NCBI GenBank assembly: GCA_964490075.1
Contig: CAZBBK010000002.1
Location: forward strand, 114,105-178,104
DNA from: an uncultured Gemmatimonadota bacterium
Lineage (GTDB): Bacteria > GCA-2686955
Reading direction: 5' to 3'
Length of the DNA: 64,000 bases
The notes beneath the pieces were generated by a model, which made no database searches, was not told the origin of the DNA, and saw only the letters and a list, made by a program, of their open reading frames with translations. This document shows positions 19,145 to 32,233 of the stretch, in pieces; the first letter of the stretch is position 1; the number at the start of each line of letters is the position of its first letter. The position numbers were made by a program, and so were the translations under genes.

Positions 19145-20533
19145 GTGCTGGAGAGCTCGATGCTGGTCACTTGGGCCCTGCCGCAAGCCGGCGAGCAGGG
19201 CGATATCAGAAACTTCCTTCCGACCGCACAAGCCCGCGAGCTCCTGGTCCGCCTCGGAGAGCTGAGCGGTCGCTCCCTGGTGCTCAGCTCGACCGATGGC
19301 GAGGAGGTCTGCCGCTCGGACGACCGCGGCGGTGCGCTCTTCTTCGGCGGCCGCGGCGCGGCGGCCCCGATCGAGCCCTCCGGCCACCGGGTGGGCCATC
19401 TGCACGTGATGGGGGCCGATGCCGAAGGCGCCGCCGGGCAGAACCTGGCCCGCCTGCTGGCGGCCTGCGTGGCCGACCGGGTGATCGCCTCGGTGGTGGC
19501 GCTGCGCTCGCCCTTCTCGGTGCCGGCGGGCTGCGAACAAGACGAGCTCGAGCGCGACGCCGATGCCGATCTGCGGCGCATTCTCGAGCTGACGGCGGCA
19601 CAGACCGGAGCCGAGACGGTGTCGATCCTGCGGCTGCGGGCGCAGCCACTCGGCCACGCGGGGGGGGATCTGCTGGAGCTGACCGCCGCCCTGGGCGTCG
19701 AGACCGGCCCGAACCTGGTGCTGCGCGCCGCCAGCGGTCCGCTGCGCGAAGCGCTCGACTCCCCCGAGCCCTTCGAGATTCAGACCCGCAAGCACGAGTT
19801 GGGCATGTTGGAGATGTTGCTGGGGCGGGGTCAGTTGCTGCTGGCGCCGATGCGGGTCGACGGCCGCCGGCGCGTGGAAGGGTTGCTGACCGCAGGCAAC
19901 CCCACCGGCGGGGCCTTCCGCGAGGACAACCTCTCGGCGCTGCCGCAGCTCGCCTCGCTGGCCGCCAACGTGCTCGACCGCACCGGGCGCCTGGAAGACG
20001 GACACCGCCACCTGGTGCACGCGATTCAGGCGATCCTGGAAACGGTCGAGGGCGGCGATGGGCTGCGTGGCCACTGCACCCGCACCGCCCGGCACGCGAC
20101 GCTGGTGGGGCGCAGCATGGCGCTTTCCGAAGGGCGCCTGCGCGATCTCGAGCTGGCGGCCTCGCTGCACGACCTGGGGAAGATCGGCACCTGCGACCTG
20201 CGCGCGAGCCAGGTGGCGGAGCAGCACGCCGAATGGGGCGCGGCCCTGCTGGAGACCGCCACCGCCTTCGCCCACCTGGCGCCGGCGGTGCGCTTCCACC
20301 ACGCGCGCTGGGACGGCGCCGGCACCAACGGCGAGCGGCGCGGCGAAGATCTGCCTCTGGCGGCTCGCATCATCGCGGTCTGCGACGCACTCGACCACCA
20401 GATGGCGCCCACGGCCGGGGGCATGAAGGGGCGCTCGCTGGGCGCCGCGCTCTGCGCGCTGGAGGCGCAGGAGGGAGCCTTCGACCCCGCGGTGATGGCG
20501 GCGCTGCGGCGGCTGGAGGAGCGAACGGAGTAG
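19145..20533 (+). CDS. HD-GYP-like domain protein with GAF-like region (degenerate GYP)
   Basis: 'GHCTR', 'LHDLGKIG', 'HHARWDGAGTNG', 'ARIIAVCDALD', 'FDP'; start uncertain (19145 or 19160). Confidence 0.75.
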   Translation: MLESSMLVTWALPQAGEQGDIRNFLPTAQARELLVRLGELSGRSLVLSSTDGEEVCRSDDRGGALFFGGRGAAAPIEPSGHRVGHLHVMGADAEGAAGQNLARLLAACVADRVIASVVALRSPFSVPAGCEQDELERDADADLRRILELTAAQTGAETVSILRLRAQPLGHAGGDLLELTAALGVETGPNLVLRAASGPLREALDSPEPFEIQTRKHELGMLEMLLGRGQLLLAPMRVDGRRRVEGLLTAGNPTGGAFREDNLSALPQLASLAANVLDRTGRLEDGHRHLVHAIQAILETVEGGDGLRGHCTRTARHATLVGRSMALSEGRLRDLELAASLHDLGKIGTCDLRASQVAEQHAEWGAALLETATAFAHLAPAVRFHHARWDGAGTNGERRGEDLPLAARIIAVCDALDHQMAPTAGGMKGRSLGAALCALEAQEGAFDPAVMAALRRLEERTE

Positions 20534-20614
20534 CGAGCACGGCAGCCGCCGCGGTTGAGAGTGGAGCCGCATCAAGCCTATATTGAAGTCGAATCCACGC
20601 CTCGGACCCGTCTC

Positions 20615-21457
20615 ATGAGCTACTACGAAGAGCGTCCCTCGATCCGCTTCGGACCCGCCGCCTTGACGCCGGCGGTCCGCGGTCTGATGGCGTCTTGCGT
20701 CGGGCTCTTCCTGCTGCAGCGCCTGCTCGACATGGTGTCGGGCGGGGAGGTCTCGCGCGCGATCAACCACTTCCTCGGATTGGTGCCGCAAAAGGCCGTG
20801 CTCGGCGGACATCTCTGGCAGTTCGTCTCCTACCTCTTCGTGCACGGCACGATCACCCACATCCTCTTCAACATGCTCTTCCTGTGGTGGTTCGGTGCCG
20901 CCCTGGAGAGCTTGTGGGGAACCCGGCGCTTCCTGAAGTACTACTTCGGCACCGGCGTGGGGGCGGCGGTCATCGTCGCGGCGGTGGTCCTGGCCGGGCC
21001 CGACAACTACCACCTGACCCCCGTGGTCGGCGCGTCGGGGGCCATCTTCGGGCTGCTGGCGGCCTACGGCGTCCGCTTCGGCGACAACATCATCCACGTG
21101 ATGCTGATTTTCCCGATGCGGGCGCGCTACGCGGTGCTGCTCTTCGCGCTGATCGAGCTGGTGGTGCTGATGGAGCATCCGACCACCGCGATGGGGGCCC
21201 TGGCGCATCTCTCGGGCATGGGGCTCGGCTACCTCTACCTGCGCTTCGAGCGCGACCTCGACGAGCTGCTCTCGGGGCGCCGGGCGCGCAAGCGGCGCCT
21301 GAAGCTGGTCGTCTCCCAGCCGCGGCCGATGGATCGCAAGCGCTACATCGAAGATCAGATCGATCCGATCCTCGACAAGATCAACGAGAAGGGGATGGAG
21401 TCGCTCACCCAGCGCGAGCGTGCGGTGCTCGAGAAGTTCCACGAGCGCGGCGATTGA
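20615..21457 (+). CDS. Rhomboid-family intramembrane serine protease with C-terminal soluble 'IDPILDKI' domain
   Basis: 'HILFNMLFLWWFG', 'VGASGA', 'AHLSG', 'IDPILDKINEKGMESLT'. Confidence 0.92.
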   Translation: MSYYEERPSIRFGPAALTPAVRGLMASCVGLFLLQRLLDMVSGGEVSRAINHFLGLVPQKAVLGGHLWQFVSYLFVHGTITHILFNMLFLWWFGAALESLWGTRRFLKYYFGTGVGAAVIVAAVVLAGPDNYHLTPVVGASGAIFGLLAAYGVRFGDNIIHVMLIFPMRARYAVLLFALIELVVLMEHPTTAMGALAHLSGMGLGYLYLRFERDLDELLSGRRARKRRLKLVVSQPRPMDRKRYIEDQIDPILDKINEKGMESLTQRERAVLEKFHERGD

Positions 21458-21488
21458 GCGCGCGCGGCCGGCGCGGTAGCCTCGCCCC

Positions 21489-21887
21489 ATGCGTTTCAGG
21501 CACCGCGCGTCGGTCAGCGACTGCTTCGCCGCCGCCCATACCCTGCGTGACACCGACGGCCCCTGCTCCCGCAACCACGGGCACAACTGGAAGGTGAGCG
21601 TCGTGGTCGAGGCGGCGGAGCTCGATTCCCAGGGCATGGTGATCGACTTCATCGCCCTGCGGCGGCTCCTGCGCGGCATTCTCGACGGCTACGAACATCG
21701 CGATCTGAACCAGATTCCGCCTTTCGACGGCACGCGCAATCCGACCGCCGAGAACATCGCCCTCACCATCGCCGAGCAGCTCCTGGAGACCGATGAGCTG
21801 CGCCCCGAGCTGGTCGAGGTGCGCTTGGCGGAGATGGACGGGATGGAGGTCGCGGTGCGGATCTCGGACGATGAAGCTGGTTCGTAG
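21489..21887 (+). CDS. queD: 6-carboxy-5,6,7,8-tetrahydropterin synthase
   Basis: 'FAAAHTL', 'CSRNHGHNW', 'GMVIDF', 'NPTAENIA'. Confidence 0.9.
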   Translation: MRFRHRASVSDCFAAAHTLRDTDGPCSRNHGHNWKVSVVVEAAELDSQGMVIDFIALRRLLRGILDGYEHRDLNQIPPFDGTRNPTAENIALTIAEQLLETDELRPELVEVRLAEMDGMEVAVRISDDEAGS

Positions 21888-24249
21888 GCCTCCGGCGGGA
21901 GTCGAGGGCGCGCTCGAGCATCTTCTGGCGCTGCCCGGCGCCGTGCACCACGAACGGCTTCCCGGCACACCGGCGCGCTGCGCGCCCGTGCCCGACTGGG
22001 TCGACGATTCCTTGCGCGGAGTGCTGGAAGAGCGCGGCATCGACGAGCTCTACACCCACCAGGCCGAAGCTCTGGAACACGTCCGCCGGGGCCGCCACGT
22101 GGTGGTGGTGACTCCCACCGCCTCCGGCAAGACCCTGTGCTACAACGTGCCGGTCCTCGACACCATGCTCCGCGCCCCGGAGTCGCGCGCCCTCTACCTG
22201 TTCCCGACCAAGGCGCTCTCGCAGGACCAGCTCGCCGAGCTGCACCGGCTGGTCGACGCCCTCGGAGTCGATCTGCGCACCTCGACCTTCGACGGCGACA
22301 CCCCGCCCGCGGCACGCCGCGCGGTGCGCTCCTCGGGGCACGTGGTGGTGACCAACCCCGACATGCTGCACGCCGGCATCCTGCCGAACCACACGCGCTG
22401 GGTGCGGCTCTTCGAGAACCTGCGCTACGTGGTGGTCGACGAGCTGCACAGCTACCGCGGAGTGTTCGGCAGCCACGTGGCCAACGTGCTGCGCCGGCTG
22501 CTGCGAATCGCCCGTTTCTACGGCTCCGCGCCGCAGTTCATTCTCAGCTCGGCGACCATCCGCAACCCCGGGGAGCTGGCCGAAAAACTGGTCGGCGAGC
22601 CGGTCGAGGTGGTCGATGAAAGCGGCGCACCGACCGGCGAGAAGCACTTCGTGGTGGTCAATCCGCCGGTGGTGAACCGGCGTCTGGGGATCCGCCGCTC
22701 GGTGGCCGGCGAGGCGCGGCGTGTGGCGCGGCTGCTGCTCGCGGCCCGGGTCTCGACCCTGGTCTTCGCCCGCTCGCGGCTGCGGGCCGAGATTCTGACC
22801 CGCGATCTGCGCGGCGATCTGCGCCGACTGGGGCGCGACGCCTCCCGGGTGCGCGGCTATCGCGGCGGCTACCTGCCGCTGGAGCGGCGCGAGATCGAGC
22901 GCGGCCTGCGCGATGGGGAGCTCGACGCGGTGGTCAGCACCAACGCGCTGGAGCTCGGAATCGACATCGGCAGCCTGGACGCGGTGGTGATGGCCGGCTA
23001 CCCGGGCACGGTGGCGTCGACCTGGCAGCAGGCCGGGCGCGCGGGGCGGCGGCGCAGCGCCTCGCTGGCGGTGCTGGTGCTCTCTTCATCGCCGCTCGAC
23101 CAGTACATCGCCGAGCATCCGGAGTTCCTCTTCGGCAGCGCGCCGGAGAGCGGGGTGGTGAACCCCGACAGCGTGCAGATCCTCCTGGCGCACGCCCGCA
23201 GCGCCGCCTTCGAGCTGCCCTTCGAGCGCGCCGAACGCTTCGGGCCCGAAGGCGGGCTCGGCGAGCTGATGGACTATCTGGAGCAGCACCAGGTGGTGCA
23301 CCGCGAGGACGATCGATGGCACTGGTCCTCGCCCGACACCTTCCCCGCCGCCGATGTCTCGCTGAGGCGGGCGGCGCCCGAAAACGTGGTGATCCACGAC
23401 GCTCGCGATCGCACCCAGGTGATCGGCGAGATCGACTACCACGCCGCGCCGCGCACCGTCTACGAAGAGGCGATCTACATGCACCAGGGTGAGACCTGGC
23501 AGGTGATCGAGCTCGACTGGGAGGGGCGGCGCGCCTATGTCGAGCCGGTGCGCGTCGACTACTTCACCGACGCCGACACTCGTGCCGAGGTCAAGGTGAT
23601 CGAGGTCGACCGGGAGCAGGTCGCCCCGGGCGGCCTGCGCGCCCATGGCGAGGTCAGCGTGACCGAGCACGTTCCGCTCTTCAAGAAGGTGCGTTTCGAG
23701 ACTTCCGAGAACGTCGGCGCCGGCAAGGTGCACCTGCCGCCGATCGACTTTCACACCTGCGCCTTCTGGGTCGAGCTGGAGCTCGACGCGCTGCCCGCCG
23801 CGGCACTGAGCGACCTGGGCGGCGGGCTGCGCGGCTTCGCCCACGCCCTGGCCAACCTGGCCCCCCTCTTCGCGCTCTGCGATCGCCGCGACCTGGTCCC
23901 GGTGCCGATGGTGGCGGAGACCCGCTCGGGAAACCCGACCCTCTTCGTCTACGACGCCTACCCCGGCGGCGTGGGACTGAGCGAGAAGCTGCACGAGCGC
24001 GCCGAGGAGCTGCTGCAGGCCGCCTTCGAGCGCGTCGAGTCGTGCCAGTGCCCGGACGGCTGCCCCTCGTGCGTGGGACCGCCGCTGGAGCTGGGCGGCG
24101 CCGGCAAGGAGATCGCGCTCGCGCTGATCGAGCAGGCATTGCACGGGCCGGTTCCGGAGCCCGAAGAGGCGCCGCCGGCTGTCGAGGCGATCTCCCCGGT
24201 CAACGTCGGAGAGGTGCTGCCGCCGGTCGATGAAGTCCTGGGGGAATGA
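21871..24249 (+). CDS. DEAD/DEAH-box helicase with C-terminal DUF1998 (YprA/MrfA/SftH/Hrq1 family)
   Basis: 'TPTASGKT', 'DELHSYRGVFGSH', 'SATI', 'LELGIDIG', 'QQAGRAGRR'; 'YDAYPGGVG' and 'CQCPDGCPSC'. Confidence 0.93.
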   Translation: MKLVRRPPAGVEGALEHLLALPGAVHHERLPGTPARCAPVPDWVDDSLRGVLEERGIDELYTHQAEALEHVRRGRHVVVVTPTASGKTLCYNVPVLDTMLRAPESRALYLFPTKALSQDQLAELHRLVDALGVDLRTSTFDGDTPPAARRAVRSSGHVVVTNPDMLHAGILPNHTRWVRLFENLRYVVVDELHSYRGVFGSHVANVLRRLLRIARFYGSAPQFILSSATIRNPGELAEKLVGEPVEVVDESGAPTGEKHFVVVNPPVVNRRLGIRRSVAGEARRVARLLLAARVSTLVFARSRLRAEILTRDLRGDLRRLGRDASRVRGYRGGYLPLERREIERGLRDGELDAVVSTNALELGIDIGSLDAVVMAGYPGTVASTWQQAGRAGRRRSASLAVLVLSSSPLDQYIAEHPEFLFGSAPESGVVNPDSVQILLAHARSAAFELPFERAERFGPEGGLGELMDYLEQHQVVHREDDRWHWSSPDTFPAADVSLRRAAPENVVIHDARDRTQVIGEIDYHAAPRTVYEEAIYMHQGETWQVIELDWEGRRAYVEPVRVDYFTDADTRAEVKVIEVDREQVAPGGLRAHGEVSVTEHVPLFKKVRFETSENVGAGKVHLPPIDFHTCAFWVELELDALPAAALSDLGGGLRGFAHALANLAPLFALCDRRDLVPVPMVAETRSGNPTLFVYDAYPGGVGLSEKLHERAEELLQAAFERVESCQCPDGCPSCVGPPLELGGAGKEIALALIEQALHGPVPEPEEAPPAVEAISPVNVGEVLPPVDEVLGE

Positions 24250-25418
24250 AGCTCGGCGACCAGCTCAGACGGCTGGGCGAGGCAACCACGGACACCCCTG
24301 GGCGCGCGCGTTCGGTCGCGCTGGAGCGCCATGACACGCTCTGCGAGCTCGGCGGCCCGGGCGTGCGCGGGCGGGCGCTGGCGCTGCTGGCCGAGGGGGG
24401 GCTGCGCGGTGCCGAGGTGATCTCGGCCGATCGGCGGATGGCGAGCGGCGAAGCGCTCTTCCTCGACACCGAAACCACCGGCCTCGGGGTCGGGCCGGGC
24501 ACCTGCGCCTTCCTGGTCGGCCTGGCCTGGATCGAGCCGAACGCGCTGCAGGGCGCGCCGGCGCTGCGCGTGGAGCAGCGTCTGATGACCCGCTTCGCGG
24601 GCGAGGCAGAGCTGCTGCGCTGGGTCCGGGACGTCTTGGGGCGGCGCCCCTGGACCCTGGTCAGCTACAACGGCCGCGCCTACGATCTGCCCCTCCTCGA
24701 GGCCCGCGCGGTCATGCAACGGCTGCCGAAAGGCCTGCCCGAGCGGCCCCATCTCGACGTCCTGCACCCGGCGCGGGCGCTCTGGTCGGGGCTCCTGCCC
24801 GACTGTCGCCTGGCTACCCTGGAGCGCGGTCTGCTCGATCACACCCGGCCGATCGATCTGCCGGGCGCCGAGATCCCGGCCGCCTGGCTCGACTTCGTGC
24901 GCGAGGGCGGGCGGGGGCGCATCGACGCGATCCTGGCTCACAATCGCGAGGACCTGGTCAGCCTGGCCGCGATCAGCGCACTGGTCTGCGCCGCTTTTCG
25001 CGGCCAGCGAATCGGCGGCAAGGTGGTGCAAGGAGAGCTGGGACGGGCCTTGCTCAAGCGCCGCCGCCTCGACGCCGCGCGGCGCGCCTTCGAGCGCTCG
25101 CTCGAGCTCGGATCGGACCAGCCCGCGGTCCTGGACGGTCTGGCGACCGCGCTGCGCCGCCTGGGCCGCGTCGAAGAGGAGGAGGCGCTCCTGCGGCGTT
25201 GGATTCGCGACGCAGCCGCCTTCGACCCCCACCCCCACGAGCGCCTGGCGATCCTGCTGGAGCATCGCAAGCGCGCGCTCGACGAGGCGCGCGCGGTCAC
25301 GCGGCGGGCCCTGGAGGCGCTCGAGCTGCGCCACGCCCTGCACGGCGCCGAGTCCGAGGTCGTGGAGCGCTTTCGTGTCCGCCTGGCGCGCCTGGAGCGA
25401 CGCGCCGCTCGGAGTTGA
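24246..25418 (+). CDS. YprB/MrfB-like RNase H-fold exonuclease with TPR region
   Basis: 'FLDTETTGL', 'YNGRAYDLP', 'HNREDL' acidic residues; helical C-terminus; ATGA coupling to the helicase. Confidence 0.88.
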   Translation: MKLGDQLRRLGEATTDTPGRARSVALERHDTLCELGGPGVRGRALALLAEGGLRGAEVISADRRMASGEALFLDTETTGLGVGPGTCAFLVGLAWIEPNALQGAPALRVEQRLMTRFAGEAELLRWVRDVLGRRPWTLVSYNGRAYDLPLLEARAVMQRLPKGLPERPHLDVLHPARALWSGLLPDCRLATLERGLLDHTRPIDLPGAEIPAAWLDFVREGGRGRIDAILAHNREDLVSLAAISALVCAAFRGQRIGGKVVQGELGRALLKRRRLDAARRAFERSLELGSDQPAVLDGLATALRRLGRVEEEEALLRRWIRDAAAFDPHPHERLAILLEHRKRALDEARAVTRRALEALELRHALHGAESEVVERFRVRLARLERRAARS

Positions 25419-25463
25419 CTGCTATACTCCGCTTTTACCCACACCGCCGAGCGGGAGTCTCTC

Positions 25464-26480
25464 GTGTCCTCGACCGATCGCAAACCTGTCGTTCTCTCCG
25501 GCATCCAGCCCTCGGGCCAACTGTGCATCGCCAATCACATCGGCGCACTCCGGCAGTGGGTCGAGATGCAAGACGACTACGAATGCATCTTCCTGGTGGT
25601 CGATCTCCATGCCCTGACCGTCGAGCAGGTTCCCGCCGAGTTGCGGAAACGTTGTCGTTCGTTCATCGCCCAGTACCTCGCCTGCGGCATCGATCCCGAG
25701 CGCTCGACGATCGTGGTGCAATCCCACGTGCCTCAGCACGCGGAGCTGGCCTGGGTGCTCAACACGCTCACCTACATGGGCGAGCTGAGCCGCATGACAC
25801 AGTTCAAGGACAAGTCGAAGCGACACGCCGCGAACATCAACGCGGGACTCTTCACCTACCCGGTGCTGATGGCCGCCGACATTCTGATCTACCAGGCCAA
25901 CGCCGTGCCAGTGGGCGCCGACCAGAAGCAGCACTTGGAGCTGGCCCGCGACATCGCCGGGCGCTTCAATCAGCGTTACTCCGAGACCTTCGTCGTGCCC
26001 GAGCCCTTCATTCCCAAGGCCGGTGCACGGATCATGAGCCTGCAGGCGCCGGCTGAGAAGATGTCGAAGTCCGATGAGAACGACAACTCGTTGGTTGCGC
26101 TCTTGGATCCTCCCGATCGGGTGCGCGCCAAGCTGCGGCGCGCGGTCACCGACTCGGAGACCAGCGTGCGCTTCGACCCCGAGCAGAAGGCGGGCGTGGC
26201 GAACCTGCTCACCATGCACTCGGTGCTCTCCGGGAGCTCGATTCCCGAGCTGGAGGCACATTTCGACGGCAAGGGGTACGAAGCGCTGAAGAGCGAGACC
26301 GCCGAAGTGATCATCGAGACGCTGCGCCCGATCCAGGCGCGCTATTCCGAGCTGATGTCCGACCGCGGCCACCTGGATGCGTTGCTGGCCGCGGGAGCGC
26401 GCGACGCGCAGGCGCGCGCCCGTCGAACCCTCTCGAAAGTCTATCGCAAGGTCGGGCTGCTGGCGCCGGCGAGGATCTAG
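25464..26480 (+). CDS. trpS: Tryptophan--tRNA ligase
   Basis: 'SGIQPSG', '[10 protein letters not shown]', '[12 protein letters not shown]', KMSKS; extended -10 TGcTATACT upstream. Confidence 0.97.
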   Translation: MSSTDRKPVVLSGIQPSGQLCIANHIGALRQWVEMQDDYECIFLVVDLHALTVEQVPAELRKRCRSFIAQYLACGIDPERSTIVVQSHVPQHAELAWVLNTLTYMGELSRMTQFKDKSKRHAANINAGLFTYPVLMAADILIYQANAVPVGADQKQHLELARDIAGRFNQRYSETFVVPEPFIPKAGARIMSLQAPAEKMSKSDENDNSLVALLDPPDRVRAKLRRAVTDSETSVRFDPEQKAGVANLLTMHSVLSGSSIPELEAHFDGKGYEALKSETAEVIIETLRPIQARYSELMSDRGHLDALLAAGARDAQARARRTLSKVYRKVGLLAPARI

Positions 26481-27604
26481 CCAAGCACCGAGGTCGCGAG
26501 CATCTCTCGTAGCTCGGGCCGGGCGCGCTCCAGGTCGGCGGGCGTCTTGATCGGGAAAAAGCGGCCGCGCGGTCCGCTGCGCGGCACCTCGAGGTACTGG
26601 GTCGAGCAGAAGGCGGAGAGCTCGCCGACCAGGCGCTCGAGCTGGATCGCCGGTCGGCCGTCGACCTTCTTTTCGACGTAGAACCAGCTGAGCGGGAAGT
26701 CGCGATCCAGCGCTTCGAGATCGAAGACGAAGCTGTTGGTGTTGAAGACCGGAATGGTGGCGGTATCGAACCCGGCCGGAAAGCGAAAGCCCTCCACCAG
26801 CATCAGCCGACCGGCGACCCGCGCCGGCGCACCGCCGGCGTCGCCACCGGAGCGCTGCACCACCTCGACGCTCATCGCCCGCCCACCGGCCAGGTGCATG
26901 CCGATCACCGCGGGATCGAGGCGCGCCCCCAGGTTGTCGACGTTGGAGAGGGTGATCAACTCCACGCCCCGCTCCCGCAGCCGGGCCAGGGCCCCCGATG
27001 CTCGCAGCGCGATCGAGAAATCGCCGTGCCCCGGGGCGTAGGGAGAGGGGGCTCCCCGGTCGTCGGTAAACACTTCTGCGCGGGGATCGAGTCGCAGCGA
27101 GACGAATTGGTTGAAGTAGTCCGGCGCGACCAGCGAGGCGTCGCGGCTGCAGAGCTCCGCCACGAAGGGGCGCGTGGCGGCGTCGGTGGCGAAGCTGTTC
27201 ATCACCAACAAAGGCACGTCGGCCCCGGTTGCCGCGCGCAGCGCCGCCGGCTCGCGCAGCTTCCATTCCAGGAAACTCTTGCCCTCCACCGCCTCGACGG
27301 TCCCCTTGACCACACCGCCGAAGCGGGTCGCCATGCCGCCGTTCAGAAACGCGGCCGCCACCTTGCCGCCGCGCAGCGCCTCGAGACCGCGTTCCACGGC
27401 CGCCTCGTGCGCCGCGCTACCCGGCTCCGGCAGACGGGTGAGCTCGTCGCATCCCGGTGCTTCGATCGCACCGCCAACCAGGTTGCTCGCGGCGGAGAGG
27501 GTGCCCGCGCGAACCTGACCGCGCAGCTCCTCGAAGAGCATGGAATCGAATCGGAAGCGGGTCAGCAGCTCTTGCAGCTCGGGGCCGATGGCATCGTCGA
27601 TCAT
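26477..27604 (-). CDS. UDPGP-family (eukaryote-like) UTP--sugar-1-phosphate uridylyltransferase
   Basis: '[12 protein letters not shown]', 'LVMNSFAT', 'PGHGDF', 'SNVDNLGA', 'FNTN', 'RFFPIKT'. Confidence 0.85.
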   Translation of the reverse strand: MIDDAIGPELQELLTRFRFDSMLFEELRGQVRAGTLSAASNLVGGAIEAPGCDELTRLPEPGSAAHEAAVERGLEALRGGKVAAAFLNGGMATRFGGVVKGTVEAVEGKSFLEWKLREPAALRAATGADVPLLVMNSFATDAATRPFVAELCSRDASLVAPDYFNQFVSLRLDPRAEVFTDDRGAPSPYAPGHGDFSIALRASGALARLRERGVELITLSNVDNLGARLDPAVIGMHLAGGRAMSVEVVQRSGGDAGGAPARVAGRLMLVEGFRFPAGFDTATIPVFNTNSFVFDLEALDRDFPLSWFYVEKKVDGRPAIQLERLVGELSAFCSTQYLEVPRSGPRGRFFPIKTPADLERARPELREMLATSVLG

Positions 27605-27805
27605 CGCAGCGCCTTTCGTCGATTCGATCGGCGCAGCGCCTCCCAAAGTTGAGCCGCGCGCGCCGCACGATGGGCAGGGTGCCAGCGCGGCGTTCCGCGT
27701 TCAACCCCGTACGGACCGCCGCCACCGAGGAGCCCGGCTTCCCGGTGGCGGCGGCTGGAACGGGCGGCTGGGGGAAACCGCGCGATCCGAGGGGCGGGGT
27801 GGAAG

Positions 27806-28234
27806 TCAGTCGTGGATGTCGAAGGGATAGGGGAAGGGCTCCAGGCAGCGCCGCGGCGTGCCCGGATTCACCATCGGAATCTGGAAGTACATCGGGTTGA
27901 GCGGCAGATAGTCCGGATTCCAGAGCTTGCTCGCCTCCGAGGAGTAACCCTGGGTCGGCAGGGTACGCGCGAAGAGATGATAGGTAGTGCCGCGCTCGAG
28001 CTCGCGGTACGCCGCGTCGACCGAGTAGACCCCGTTGTGATCCGCTTCCACGAGATCGGAGACCCGGATCGGGCAGGGCGTCATCGGGCTGTAGTAGCCG
28101 ATGAAGACCTGCGCCCCCTCGAGCGGGAATCCCCGTTGATCGGTCACCGTTCCATAGGCGATCACGCTGTGAGCGAACGATGCCGACGTCATGGCCAGCA
28201 CGAGAAGCGATGCGATGGCGGAGTTGCGGAACAT
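27806..28234 (-). CDS. Small secreted protein with carboxypeptidase-regulatory-like beta domain
   Basis: AAAGGGG RBS; signal peptide MFRNSAIASLLVLAMTSASFA; 'YGTVTDQRGFPLEGAQV...ADHNGVY'. Confidence 0.72.
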   Translation of the reverse strand: MFRNSAIASLLVLAMTSASFAHSVIAYGTVTDQRGFPLEGAQVFIGYYSPMTPCPIRVSDLVEADHNGVYSVDAAYRELERGTTYHLFARTLPTQGYSSEASKLWNPDYLPLNPMYFQIPMVNPGTPRRCLEPFPYPFDIHD

Positions 28235-28466
28235 TGTCGTCCCCTTTCGGCTCGCCTCGACCGCGCCCCCACGCGGTGCGCCGATACCGGCAGCCACCGG
28301 GGCTGGCAGCGGGAAGAATCGCGAGCAACTGTTTTTCTCGGGTGTCGACTCCGCGGCGCGAGTCGTCGCGGAAGCGATGCAGAGCACCCTTGCGAACGCG
28401 GCGCCGGACGGCCTCCGCGGCCAACACCAAACCGCAAGACCCGGGCCAGTTTCGGCGATCTCGTCG

Positions 28467-28482
28467 AGCTTCTATGTTGCCA
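28467..28482 (-). promoter_or_regulatory. Possible sigma-54 promoter (GG-N10-GC)
   Basis: Minus strand TGGCAAC-ATAG-AAGCT; correct spacing but lacks the TT before GC. Confidence 0.35.
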
Positions 28483-28685
28483 ACACTTTGCACTCTGTTT
28501 CTCGAGTCCCAGCTCGGCCATCTGCGCACATCGCGCGCTCATCGTCTCGGCCTCTAAAAGGCAACTCGCCATGAGACAATCGATTGGCTCTGCGCCAATG
28601 CTGCGCAGCCGAGGGCGCCTCGCTGCGCAAGAAACGCTGCTTCCGGAGTTGGACGTGGACGCTCTGGCCCTCTCTCGACGACTAC

Positions 28686-31600
<2,915 letters not shown>

Positions 31601-31601
<1 letters not shown>

Positions 31602-31900
31602 CACCGCGTCGCCCGCTGCGATCGAGGCAGCGCCTTTTCGCGCAACAACTGCAGCCAGGCAATCCAGGAGCTTCGTTCCTGCCCGATCGGCTCGGGGCGG
31701 GCACACAGGGTGCCCACGGAGACACCGGAGTCCGGTGGAGGGGGCTTTTCGTAGGGCAGGACGACGCCGGCATCGATCGGCTGGAGCCCGGGGTTCTTGG
31801 GCCGATCCGCCCAGGCGGAGGTCGTCAGACCGAAGCTCAGGGCCAACGCGGCCGCGGATGCGCGAATCGCCGGCCCAACTCGAGAGTTCGCATGGTGCAT
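31601..31900 (-). CDS. Small (99 aa) signal-peptide-bearing protein coupled to the bEBP gene
   Basis: GGAGA RBS; MHHANSRVGPAIRASAAALALSFGLTTSAWA then DRPKNP...; TGATG overlap with the bEBP start. Confidence 0.7.
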
Positions 31901-32002
31901 CGCGGTTCTCCGGTCGATCCTTCCGGGCGCTCCAGAGCACGTCTCCAGCGTATTCTCGGAACGCCGAATCCGCAACGGCTCCGGGGGGGACTCCTCCAGT
32001 TG

Positions 32003-32018
32003 CGCAAGGAACGCGCCG
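32003..32018 (-). promoter_or_regulatory. Putative sigma-54 (-24/-12) promoter
   Basis: Minus strand CGGCGCG-TTCC-TTGCG versus consensus TGGCACG-N4-TTGC(A/T); about 100 nt upstream of the peptide ATG. Confidence 0.6.
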
Positions 32019-32233
32019 AGCTCGGTCGAGCCGACCGCGTGCCGCGCGGGTCATTGTCTGACACCGTGTTGCGCACCCTGCGGTGGATCGCGCAACGGCC
32101 GCTGGCGCGCAGAATCGGCGCGCGGGGCGGCGCGAGTCCGCGCAGATCGTGCGCGGGCGAGCGCATTGAATCCCATCGAGCCCTCGCGTAGCCTGCGATC
32201 GACGATTCCCCCATCACCCCGCGGCGAGGAACC

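Noticed and set aside
21489-25418. DISARM (DrmAB), Dpd or Qat defence island suggested by DUF1998 helicase plus queD
   Set aside because: The helicase and DUF1998 are fused and paired with a YprB exonuclease, as in the repair module; no methylase, dpdA, queC or other defence partners are nearby.
28591-28599. Shared TGCGCC(A/G)AT 9-mer near the putative sigma-54 promoters (also 46873-46881)
   Set aside because: A short GC-rich word that is likely to occur by chance, at inconsistent distances from the promoters.
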